Virus record (IMG/VR): IMGVR_UViG_3300032236_001645
Location: 15,751 to 79,750 of that record
Origin: a virus
Length of the DNA stretch: 64,000 bases
Reading direction: 5' to 3' (one strand)
Position 1 is the first letter of the stretch; every line of letters starts with the position of its first letter. The notes below the pieces were generated by a model. It ran no database searches, had not been told where the DNA came from, and was given only the letters and a program-made list of their open reading frames with translations. Of this stretch, positions 1-9,134 are shown one piece after another. Both the position numbers and the translations under genes were made by a program.

Positions 1-816
1 GATGTTATTGTTACTATCGTAAATTGTGTATATACCTGGAGAAACCGCCTTAGTTTGATTACCGTAAAGTGCGTGTGCCAATGTAGAAGAATCATGTTCA
101 ACCATTTCAATTTCAACTGTTGTTGGATTAAAATAAGTGTTTGTTAATATAATACTTTGTCCAGGTTCGCCAATAAATGGAACCACATTAGCACGACTTG
201 ATGGTGCGGATGATGGTGTTACAGTTAAGAACATAAAACTTGTTGCAGCATCCGAATATTGATATCTAATTGATTTATCTGTTGTATTAGATAAATTTGA
301 TAAAATTGGTGTACAATAAAAAGATGATGTTACCAATCTATAAAAGTTTGGTACTTTTTGATTATTAGCTGTGTTTAAATATTCAATTCTATATCCTACT
401 AATCCTTGTGGTGTAAATTTTGCTTGATCTTCTGCTGGTACGTTATTTAAATCAATAACTAATCCTCTAACTGAAGATAAAGAAGCTAAGATTCCACAAT
501 CTGTAATTGATGTTACAATTTGTTTAGGTCTAATATGTAAAGTGTATATTCCTAATTCAGAAAATTGACTTGCAGATAATTTTAAATTATATAAACCACC
601 CAACATCTCATTACTTGGGTTTGATTTATTTGGTGATTTTACTGCTGTTAATGTATCCGCATTATGATATATCGGTGTTAATACCGCAGTTGAATCTAAT
701 TTAGTTAATGTTACTGTAGCCGCAGTAGTTCTATTTGGTGTATAGTGATAAAGTATCTCAGCATCTGCTGGTGATACGTCTGCGGGTCTTGTTATGCCAT
801 ATGCTCCTACTGCCAT
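1..816 (-). CDS. Probable virion structural protein, partial (runs off window start)
   Basis: Open frame from ATG at 816 (MAVGAYGITRPADVSPADAEILYHY...) to the window edge. Missing from the ORF track because it has no stop in the window. Sense TATTTATT at 828-835 upstream. Confidence 0.75.
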   Translation of the reverse strand, partial: MAVGAYGITRPADVSPADAEILYHYTPNRTTAATVTLTKLDSTAVLTPIYHNADTLTAVKSPNKSNPSNEMLGGLYNLKLSASQFSELGIYTLHIRPKQIVTSITDCGILASLSSVRGLVIDLNNVPAEDQAKFTPQGLVGYRIEYLNTANNQKVPNFYRLVTSSFYCTPILSNLSNTTDKSIRYQYSDAATSFMFLTVTPSSAPSSRANVVPFIGEPGQSIILTNTYFNPTTVEIEMVEHDSSTLAHALYGNQTKAVSPGIYTIYDSNNNI

Positions 817-841
817 TTTCTTTTATTAATAAATATAAATC

Positions 842-1378
842 TTATTGTTTTTTAACTTTAAAATATCCATTTCCATATATATCCAATTCTCCCGTATTTT
901 CAATCTCACCCAATTTAAAGTTTCTTTCCATAACCCCTAATTTTCCTCTGTTTACAAAAACATCTGAATATATTTGTGGTTGTTCTACAAATCCTAAAAA
1001 ATGTTCATTTCTTGTTAACATATAATTTATTACTTCTTCCTTAGTAAAACCTGTTGTAGAACCACTTATAATTGTTGTTCCATCGGATAAATCATAATAT
1101 TGTAAAACAGTAGAACCTGTAGTATTGTGTGTATATGTGAATGTATAACCTGTTGTATTTAAACCCTCAATAACAGGATGTGTTAAGGTTTGTGTATATC
1201 CAGTGGAACCGTACTTTTTTAATTCCGACAATCTACTACTTCCTAATCCTCTATAATTTAAAGATGTGTAACCCGTTGGTGGATTATATTCATAATCATT
1301 CAAATAACTTTGATTACCAGTTGTGTTGGTATAGGGTATAGTAAATCCTGAAATTGTTCCAAAGTAATGGGTTGACAT
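842..1378 (-). CDS. Hypothetical structural protein (178 aa)
   Basis: ORF with sense TATTTATA motif at 1394-1401; Thr/Gly/Tyr-rich; lies in the structural cluster. Confidence 0.65.
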   Translation of the reverse strand: MSTHYFGTISGFTIPYTNTTGNQSYLNDYEYNPPTGYTSLNYRGLGSSRLSELKKYGSTGYTQTLTHPVIEGLNTTGYTFTYTHNTTGSTVLQYYDLSDGTTIISGSTTGFTKEEVINYMLTRNEHFLGFVEQPQIYSDVFVNRGKLGVMERNFKLGEIENTGELDIYGNGYFKVKKQ

Positions 1379-1467
1379 AAAAAAAATTACACTTATAAAT
1401 ATCTTTACAAGAGTTTATCTAATATAAAGAATCTATAAGTGTAAATAAAGATTAAGATTTTATATTC

Positions 1468-2355
1468 TTAACTATTATTTATGAAATATGCCCTTACGTA
1501 TTTATTTGCGGTATTTGAAACATTACTTGTTGAAACCGATAATTTCAGTGTCCATAATCCTCGATGAATACCTATTGAATTATTTGGTAAATAATCAAAT
1601 ATTTTTGTATAATGTTGATTAGATGGATTTGATGGTGTACCATCTACTCCTGAGAAATTACCCGAATTACTTCTATCAAATGTGATCTGCATTTGATCGG
1701 TATATGTTGTTGTTGTACCTGTACCTCCCGTTACATAAGTAACACCTGTTAAACTTAATGTTGCGGTTACTGTATCTCCTGAAGCAGAATTAAGAAAATT
1801 AGTGTTAAATGCTCTTAATACAATTGCTGGTGGCATAAAATAACCTTGAGAATCAATTGAACTAACTTGACTAATATCTTGGTGAGTATATGCAGTGTAA
1901 TTTAAACCTGAACCGGTATAACCTGATGCCACAGATGTAAATGAACCATCTCCATTTATAACTGCAACTTGTGAAGGTATAACTGATGTTACTTCACCGT
2001 ATACTTCAGTTGTACACATTCCTGATGTTGTAATTTGAATAGCACCAACACCATTTACCGCTGACACTGGATAATTTTGTCCATTAAAATTAGAATAACT
2101 TAAATTGTTAGTATAATTTTGAGAATACAAATTATCATATAATCCATATGTCCATGTTATGTAATTATCATTTCCCGCACCACCATAAATTACATCATAT
2201 CCAGTACTATCCCAAACTGAATATGAAGTATTACCTGTATATATTAAATTTTTTCCTGAAGAATTGTATGATAGTAAGTTTACCTTAAATGCACTTGTGT
2301 TTAAGTTTGTCATTAATGTATTATTACTAAAATTCAAGTATAAATCTCTAGCCAT
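1468..2355 (-). CDS. Hypothetical beta-rich protein, possibly fibre-associated (295 aa)
   Basis: ORF with motif at 2371-2378; Ser/Thr/Asn/Gly/Tyr-rich. Confidence 0.6.
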   Translation of the reverse strand: MARDLYLNFSNNTLMTNLNTSAFKVNLLSYNSSGKNLIYTGNTSYSVWDSTGYDVIYGGAGNDNYITWTYGLYDNLYSQNYTNNLSYSNFNGQNYPVSAVNGVGAIQITTSGMCTTEVYGEVTSVIPSQVAVINGDGSFTSVASGYTGSGLNYTAYTHQDISQVSSIDSQGYFMPPAIVLRAFNTNFLNSASGDTVTATLSLTGVTYVTGGTGTTTTYTDQMQITFDRSNSGNFSGVDGTPSNPSNQHYTKIFDYLPNNSIGIHRGLWTLKLSVSTSNVSNTANKYVRAYFINNS

Positions 2356-2416
2356 GTTTTGTTGTTTTTATATAAATATATCGTTTATTGTTTATTTTTT
2401 ATAGTGTTAATCATTC

Positions 2417-5400
2417 TTAACAATGTGCTATTAGTGTAAATAATCCATTTGAATCAAATGTACCATAGTTTGTTTTATCTGACCACCTTGCAGCGGCAGG
2501 ACCTGTGAACGGTGTCACACCATCAGATTGATAATAGTTTTTACCGTTTATTAATGTATTCACTCCAAGATATGCATAAACTACACTGTATGCAGTTGGG
2601 TTATTACTACATGCAATTGTACTTGTAGAACCACCTTGAATTGTGAAGCTGGTTAAAGGACATACTATTTGATATTCTATTGTTTGTGCTGTACAACCAT
2701 TACTATCAATTACATATAACCAATAGTAACCACAACTTAATCCTGTTACTGTTACATAGTTATTACTAGCAAGGTTACTAGTTACACCTGTTGTGAATAC
2801 TTGATTATCAGTTGGGTAATCATTATATGGTGTTGCATTATCCTTATACAACTTCATAGTTCTTGTACCTGAACCACCAGAACATGTAATTCTTAATGAA
2901 CCATTTCCACCCGCACCTGTTTCGTTAACAACTTGATCTATGTAACCATATAATGCGTCAGGTGATGTAATTGTTTGTGAGTATGATTGAACACAACCTG
3001 AACTATCTTTAATATAGATTGTGTAATTACCCATAGATAAACTACTAAATGTCTTAGGTAAAGCATAGTAAGTTGAATTATCTGTAGATGCACTATATCC
3101 TGAACCTGAACCACCTGAACCACCACTTACTGCGATACTACCATTATTACTTGTAGCACAAGTTATATTTGTAACTGATATTGTTGCATTTGGTGCTGTT
3201 ACCGCAAATGTAGTTGAAGAAGATGTTGCAGTACAACCATTACTATCTTTAACTGTAACACTATAAGTACCATTACCTAAACCTGTAAATGAATTACTTG
3301 ATTGGTATGTTCCACCATTTAATGAATATGTATAACCACCAGTTCCGCCACCCGCAGTTGCTGTAACACTACCATTAGTACCGTTATAACATGTAGGTGC
3401 CGTTCCTGAAATTGAACTTGTAACCTGTGTTCTTGCAAGGTTTCCAACTGAAACTGACACAACAGTTCCATTTCTACCACTATTTCTTACATAACCTGTA
3501 TATGTTCCACCTGCTAATGAACTGAACGTTGCACTTGACTGCCAGTTTACATTATCTTTAGAATATTCATATGCCGCACCATTACCACCACTTGCACTTA
3601 ATGTAAATGCTGCAGTTGTATCACCATAACATGTTTGTATTGTTGAACTTGCTACTGACAATGATAATGCAGGTAACGAAGGTGTTTGTGTCTGTGTTGC
3701 CGTTTGTGACGGTGTAATATTTGGTGTTGGTGTTTGAGTCGTTGTTTGAGTTGGGGTAGGTGTTTGTGTAACACAAGGAGTACATAAACCATTTAATGTT
3801 GCGGTAGTTCCTGATACCGATTTTGTTGCACTTCTATAACTTCCGTTTAGAGCAATATAAAAATTACCAATTGGTACTGTTACAATATTTGTTGAAGATA
3901 TTGACGTCGCATCACATAAACTAATGCCACCCGTTAAAGTTACTTTACCTAATTGTATACCATTATAACAAGCACTGTACGCATCTGCACCCCAAGTATA
4001 TGGAGGTTGTGTTGGTGTCGGCGTTTGTGTCATAGTTGGTGTAACACTTGGTGTTTGAGTTTGTGTTGGCGTTTGAGTTTGCGTACCCGTTTGAGTTTGA
4101 GTTTGAGTTGGTGTAATAGTATTTGTTGGTGTTACTGTTTGTGTTTGAGTTGGTGTAATAGTATTTGTTGGTGTTACTGATGGTGTTGATGTAACAGTTT
4201 GTGTGATAGTTGTGGTTGGTGTAATAGTATTTGTTGGCGTAACAGTATTTGTTGGTGTTACTGTTTGAGTCGGAGTTTGAGTTTGAGTTGCAGTCACCGA
4301 TGGAGTAATTGTATTTGTTGGTGTAACTGTTTGTGTTGGCGTTGGACTTGGAGCTAACACGCTTACATTGATTCCAAAGAAACACTGGATTGTTGGGGTT
4401 GGTGTTTGTGTTGTGGTAGGAGTTACTGTAGTAGTTGGTGTAATTGTATTCGTAGGTGTAACTGTTGGTGTAACAGTCTTTGTCGGTGTTTGCGTTTGTG
4501 TTGATGTTGGCGTTTGGGTAGTTGTTGGTGTGATAGTGTTTGTAGCGGTAATTGTTTGTGTAATAGTTGTGGTAGGTGTAATAGTATTTGTTGGTGTAAC
4601 AGTATTTGTTGGTGTTTGTGTATTTGTAGGTGTAATAGTATTTGTTGGTGTAACTGATGGAGTTATAGTGTTTGTTGCTGTAACTGTTTGTGTTGGTGTT
4701 GGGCTTGGTGCCAATACAGATACGTTGATTCCGAAGAAACATTGGATCGTAGGAGTAGGTGTTTGCGTTGTTGTCGGTGTAACCGTTGTTGTAGGTGTAA
4801 CTGTTTGAGTTGGTGTTACAGTAGGTGTACTTGTTCTTGTTTGTGTATTTGTTGGTGTAACTGTTGTCGTTGGTGTAACAGTTTGTGTAATAGTTGTTGT
4901 AGGTGTAATAGTATTTGTTGGCGTTATTGTATTTGTAGGCGTTTGAGTAGTTGTTGGTGTAATAGTCTGTGTCGCTGTTACTGATGGAGTAATTGTATTT
5001 GTTGGAGTAATAGTTTGTGTTGGAGTTGGTGATGGGGCAAGTACCGAAACGTTTATACCAAAGAAACATTGAATTGTTGGAGTTGGTGTTTGCGTCGTTG
5101 TTGGTGTAACGGTAGTCGTAGGTGTTATAGTATTTGTTGGTGTAACAGTTGGTGTAATTGTGGTAGTAGGTGTGATTGTATTTGTCGGAGTAACGCTTGG
5201 TGTTGACGTATTTGTTGCAGTAATTGTTTGTGTTGGAGTAATAGTAGTTGTTGGTGTAATAGTTTGTGTTGCTGTTACTGATGGTGTAATAGTATTTGTT
5301 GGGGTTATAGTTTGAGTTGGTGTCGGACTTGGAGCAAGTACTGAAACATTAATACCAAAGAAGCACTGTATAGTCGGAGTCGGCGTTTGTGTCGTAGTAG

Positions 5401-8400
5401 GTGTAACAGTTGTAGTTGGTGTAATAGTATTTGTTGGGGTGACAGTTGGCGTATGAGTCGTAGTTGGTGTAACCGTTGTTGTAGGTGTAACTGTTTGTGT
5501 TGGTGTCACAGTTGTAGTTGGCGTAACAGTACTTGTTGGTGTAATTGTTTGTGATGCTGTTACTGATGGTGTAATAGTATTTGTTGGCGTAACCGTATTT
5601 GTTGGCGTAGGTGATGGTGCGAGAACAGAAACATTTATTCCAAAGAAACACTGAATTGTTGGTGTTGGCGTTTGTGTTGCAGTTGAAGTAACCGTGGTTG
5701 TCGGTGTGATAGTTGTAGTTGGAGTAACAGTCTGTGTATGTGTTGTAGTAGGTGTAACCGTAGTTGTTGGTGTTACAGTTTGGGTGGAAGTTACTGTTGT
5801 TGTTGGGGTAACTGTTGTAGTTGGAGTAATAGTGTTCGTTGGAGTTACAGTTGGGGTAACTGTGGTTGTCGGTGTAATAGTTGTAGTTGGAGTAGGGCTT
5901 GGTGCCAACACACTCACATTGATTCCGAAGAAACATTGGATAGTAGGTGTTGGTGTTTGCGTGGTAGTTGGTGTAACAGTCGTTGTTGGTGTAATTGTAT
6001 ATGTTGGGGTTACAGTAGGTGTAATAGTATTTGTTGGTGTAACCGTATTTGTTGGTGTAGGTGAAGGTGCCAATACGCTTACATCTATACCAAAGAAACA
6101 CTGTATGGTTGGTGTAGGTGTTTGGGTAGTCGTTGGTGTAACAGTTGTAGTTGGTGTAATTGTTGTTGTCGGTGTAACTGTTTGTGTTTGAGTTGTAGTT
6201 GGCGTAACTGTTTGTGTTTGAGTAACAGTTGGTGTTTGAGTTGGAGTTTCTGTGTTTGATGGTGTAACAGTTTGGGTAGGTGTTGGTGAAGGTGCAAGAA
6301 CAGATACATTGATTCCGAAGAAACATTGGATTGTAGGTGTAGGTGTTTGCGTCGTTGTTGGAGTAACGGTAGTGGTTGGTGTAATAGTAGTAGTAGGAGT
6401 AACTGTAGTAGTTGGTGTAACTGTTGGGGTTACTGTTGGTGTTAAAGTTGTAGTTGGAGTTTGTGTAGGTGTTTCCGTATTTGATGGTGTTATCGTTTGC
6501 GTTGGTGTAGGGCTTGGAGCTAGTACACTTACATCTATACCAAAGTAACACTGAATAGTCGGAGTTGGCGTTTGTGTGGTAGTTGGCGTAACGGTAGTAG
6601 TTGGTGTAATAGTAGTGGTTGGAGTAACTGTTGGAGTTTGTGTAACAGTCGGCGTTTGAGTTGGTGTCTCCGTATTTGAAGGTGTAATAGTTTGTGTTGG
6701 AGTAGGTGATGGGGCAAGTACTGATACGTCAATACCAAAGAAACATTGAATTGTTGGTGTTGGCGTTTGAGTCGTGGTAGTTGTTGGTGTTATTGTATTC
6801 GTAGGCGTCACAGTTGGGGTAACCGGTGGTGTGGATGTTACTGTTTGAGTCGGAGTTGGTGACGGAGCAAGAACCGATACATTTATACCAAAGAAACATT
6901 GAATTGTTGGTGTTGGTGTCTGTGTTGCAGTTGTAGTTGGTGTAATAGTTGTAGTAGGTGTTACACTTGGAGTAACCGGTGGAGTGGATGTTGTGGTTGT
7001 TGTAGGTGTTGGTGATGGTGCAAGTACTGATACGTCAATACCAAAATAACATTGAACTGTTGGTGTTGGCGTTTGAGTTGAAGTTACTGTTGGTGTAATC
7101 GTAGTAGTAGGTGTTACCGTAGGTGTTGGTGGCATAGTACTAGTGACAGTTGGCGTTGGAGTTGAAGTAGGTGCCAATACACTTACATTGATTCCGAAGA
7201 AGCATTGAATTGTAGGTGTAGGTGTTTGAGTAGCGGTAGGAGATGGTGTTGGTGGCATAGTACCGGTAACAGTAGGTGTTGGGGTAGTTGTTGGTGCCAA
7301 AACACTTACATCAATACCAAAGAAACATTGAATTGTTGGAGTTGGTGTCTGTGTAGTGGTTGATGTAACACTAGGGGTTACTGTTGTTGTTGATGTAACA
7401 CTCGGAGTAACTGTTTGTGTATTTGTATTTGTTGGTGTATTTGTATTTGTTGGTGTAACAGTCGTTGTTGGTGTAACTGTGGGTGTTTCAGTCGGATTTG
7501 GAGTACCTGTATTAGTTGATGTAACACTTGGAGTAATTGTATTGGTAGGTGTTAAAGTTGGTGTTGATGTATTTGTTACCGTAGCAGTTTGAGTTGTAGT
7601 TGGCGTTTGTGTAACAGTTGGAGTGATAGTTGTAGTTGCTGTAACTGTTTGTGTCAGTGTTTGAGTTTGCGTATTAGTAGGTGTAACTGTTGTTGTTGAT
7701 GTAACAGTTGGTGTTTGTGTAAGAGTTTGGGTAGGTGTTACTGTAGCAGTAACTGTATTTGTTGGTGTTACAGTTGTGGTAGAAGTTGGTGTTTGTGTTG
7801 GTGGTAATGTTTGTGTTGGTGTGGTAGTTGGTGTTTGAGATATAACAAAAACATCATCAATATCATCATACCATATAATTTCATAAGAATTACCAGATGC
7901 TGCAGGTGTTGGTAAATTAAATGTAAATGACTCATTTAAATAATCAACTACATTTCCACCATAAGGTATTAATCTTGTGGTGTTGTTATATTTTGTATCA
8001 ATAAGTGAACCATTTTTCCATAATTCAACTCTAGTTGTATGTACATAAACAGAATATAAATTATCATTATGATACATTATTCTTTGTGCACTTATTGTTG
8101 TTTGTCCAACACACACATCACTATTAACATAGTCTGATGTAAAATACCATGGTGCTGGTGGTTCATTACTATCATTTGTAACTAAATCTGAAAGTAATGC
8201 CGATGGACACGTAGAGTCCAAATATGATTTAACAGTTGGTACATAAACATTAATACCACCAGATTTTACATTATTAAGTTGTTCATATGTAATCTTAACT
8301 TCAAGTGAAGTTTTAGTTGTTGTAGGTGTAACTGTAGCGGTAACAGTTGGTGTTGGTGTATATGATGCGGTATTTGATGGTGTTAAAGGTATATACGTTG

Positions 8401-9103
8401 ACGTTGGTGTTGTTGTAATAGTAGTGGTTGGTGTTACAGTAGGTGTAACCGTAACAGTCGGTGTGATAGAAGGTGTAACTGTTGGTTGTACTCCACATAA
8501 ATTAACAACTTTTAAAACTTGATTACTTATGTATGGTGAATCTAATAATATGTTGATTATTTTTTCACCAGGTGTTGAATAATATTTAGTTGTTGAACCA
8601 TTAAGTGTTATTCCTGACGATGTACCATCTCCCCAATTAATAGTAAAGACAGGTGATATATCAGGATTTGCATTAATTTTATCAACGACTTGATACGTTG
8701 TTGTATTATAAATTGTAATTGTATCACACGTGGCAGTATACATGAAGTTTGCTGTGATGTAATTGTGTTCAATTTTACCATCAAAATCAACCATTATACC
8801 TTGTTCATCAACTTTTGATTCTAAATAAACTGGTATTTGATAATCGCCATAAACTTTTTGTTTTACATCTCCTGAAATTTGTTCCCAAAAATCACCAGTA
8901 TATTTGTAATAACCTTCAACTAAACTTCCTGTAACATTTGTATTATATATAATTGAACCTGTATCAGGTGCACATAAATTTACCGAACCTGAAAACCATG
9001 GAACTAAACTACCTGATGAATCTAACCAAGAATGGGCATTAGTTGATACTAACGAACCCGTCAGTATATTTTTCTGCCTAATTGAATATCTTGTTTTTTT
9101 CAC
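2417..9103 (-). CDS. Giant fibre/adhesin-like protein (2228 aa): PKD-like N-terminal region (INWGDG), long Thr/Pro mucin-like stalk with 14 conserved knot motifs, C-terminal SprB-like repeats
   Basis: GTG start with motif at 9108-9115; alternating T-x repeats; 14 x (I/V)QC(F/Y)FGI(D/N)VSVLAP; C-terminal GGTGGYTYSLNG...GTYSVTVKDSNGC-type repeats. Confidence 0.75.
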   Translation of the reverse strand: MKKTRYSIRQKNILTGSLVSTNAHSWLDSSGSLVPWFSGSVNLCAPDTGSIIYNTNVTGSLVEGYYKYTGDFWEQISGDVKQKVYGDYQIPVYLESKVDEQGIMVDFDGKIEHNYITANFMYTATCDTITIYNTTTYQVVDKINANPDISPVFTINWGDGTSSGITLNGSTTKYYSTPGEKIINILLDSPYISNQVLKVVNLCGVQPTVTPSITPTVTVTPTVTPTTTITTTPTSTYIPLTPSNTASYTPTPTVTATVTPTTTKTSLEVKITYEQLNNVKSGGINVYVPTVKSYLDSTCPSALLSDLVTNDSNEPPAPWYFTSDYVNSDVCVGQTTISAQRIMYHNDNLYSVYVHTTRVELWKNGSLIDTKYNNTTRLIPYGGNVVDYLNESFTFNLPTPAASGNSYEIIWYDDIDDVFVISQTPTTTPTQTLPPTQTPTSTTTVTPTNTVTATVTPTQTLTQTPTVTSTTTVTPTNTQTQTLTQTVTATTTITPTVTQTPTTTQTATVTNTSTPTLTPTNTITPSVTSTNTGTPNPTETPTVTPTTTVTPTNTNTPTNTNTQTVTPSVTSTTTVTPSVTSTTTQTPTPTIQCFFGIDVSVLAPTTTPTPTVTGTMPPTPSPTATQTPTPTIQCFFGINVSVLAPTSTPTPTVTSTMPPTPTVTPTTTITPTVTSTQTPTPTVQCYFGIDVSVLAPSPTPTTTTTSTPPVTPSVTPTTTITPTTTATQTPTPTIQCFFGINVSVLAPSPTPTQTVTSTPPVTPTVTPTNTITPTTTTTQTPTPTIQCFFGIDVSVLAPSPTPTQTITPSNTETPTQTPTVTQTPTVTPTTTITPTTTVTPTTTQTPTPTIQCYFGIDVSVLAPSPTPTQTITPSNTETPTQTPTTTLTPTVTPTVTPTTTVTPTTTITPTTTVTPTTTQTPTPTIQCFFGINVSVLAPSPTPTQTVTPSNTETPTQTPTVTQTQTVTPTTTQTQTVTPTTTITPTTTVTPTTTQTPTPTIQCFFGIDVSVLAPSPTPTNTVTPTNTITPTVTPTYTITPTTTVTPTTTQTPTPTIQCFFGINVSVLAPSPTPTTTITPTTTVTPTVTPTNTITPTTTVTPTTTVTSTQTVTPTTTVTPTTTHTQTVTPTTTITPTTTVTSTATQTPTPTIQCFFGINVSVLAPSPTPTNTVTPTNTITPSVTASQTITPTSTVTPTTTVTPTQTVTPTTTVTPTTTHTPTVTPTNTITPTTTVTPTTTQTPTPTIQCFFGINVSVLAPSPTPTQTITPTNTITPSVTATQTITPTTTITPTQTITATNTSTPSVTPTNTITPTTTITPTVTPTNTITPTTTVTPTTTQTPTPTIQCFFGINVSVLAPSPTPTQTITPTNTITPSVTATQTITPTTTQTPTNTITPTNTITPTTTITQTVTPTTTVTPTNTQTRTSTPTVTPTQTVTPTTTVTPTTTQTPTPTIQCFFGINVSVLAPSPTPTQTVTATNTITPSVTPTNTITPTNTQTPTNTVTPTNTITPTTTITQTITATNTITPTTTQTPTSTQTQTPTKTVTPTVTPTNTITPTTTVTPTTTQTPTPTIQCFFGINVSVLAPSPTPTQTVTPTNTITPSVTATQTQTPTQTVTPTNTVTPTNTITPTTTITQTVTSTPSVTPTNTITPTQTQTVTPTNTITPTQTQTQTGTQTQTPTQTQTPSVTPTMTQTPTPTQPPYTWGADAYSACYNGIQLGKVTLTGGISLCDATSISSTNIVTVPIGNFYIALNGSYRSATKSVSGTTATLNGLCTPCVTQTPTPTQTTTQTPTPNITPSQTATQTQTPSLPALSLSVASSTIQTCYGDTTAAFTLSASGGNGAAYEYSKDNVNWQSSATFSSLAGGTYTGYVRNSGRNGTVVSVSVGNLARTQVTSSISGTAPTCYNGTNGSVTATAGGGTGGYTYSLNGGTYQSSNSFTGLGNGTYSVTVKDSNGCTATSSSTTFAVTAPNATISVTNITCATSNNGSIAVSGGSGGSGSGYSASTDNSTYYALPKTFSSLSMGNYTIYIKDSSGCVQSYSQTITSPDALYGYIDQVVNETGAGGNGSLRITCSGGSGTRTMKLYKDNATPYNDYPTDNQVFTTGVTSNLASNNYVTVTGLSCGYYWLYVIDSNGCTAQTIEYQIVCPLTSFTIQGGSTSTIACSNNPTAYSVVYAYLGVNTLINGKNYYQSDGVTPFTGPAAARWSDKTNYGTFDSNGLFTLIAHC
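4350..7350 (-). repeat. Intragenic coding repeat: 14 copies of TQTPTPT(I/V)QC(F/Y)FGI(D/N)VSVLAP separated by Thr/Pro linkers
   Basis: Gly-codon anchors at 7317, 7194, 7041, 6888, 6735, 6540, 6315, 6090, 5925, 5640, 5355, 5058, 4731, 4374; copies differ mainly at synonymous sites. Confidence 0.95.
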
Positions 9104-9134
9104 TTACTATAAATAACTTACTTTAATTTTTATG

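Noticed and set aside
4350-7350. Repeat-spacer pattern resembling a CRISPR array
   Set aside because: Repeats are in-frame coding, vary at synonymous sites and have 123-357 nt periods with low-complexity spacers; no cas genes are present
2938-8790. Many overlapping ORFs (Val/Gly-, Cys/Trp- and Tyr/Asn-rich) in other frames and strands
   Set aside because: Shadow frames of the Thr/Pro codon repeats in the 2228-aa gene
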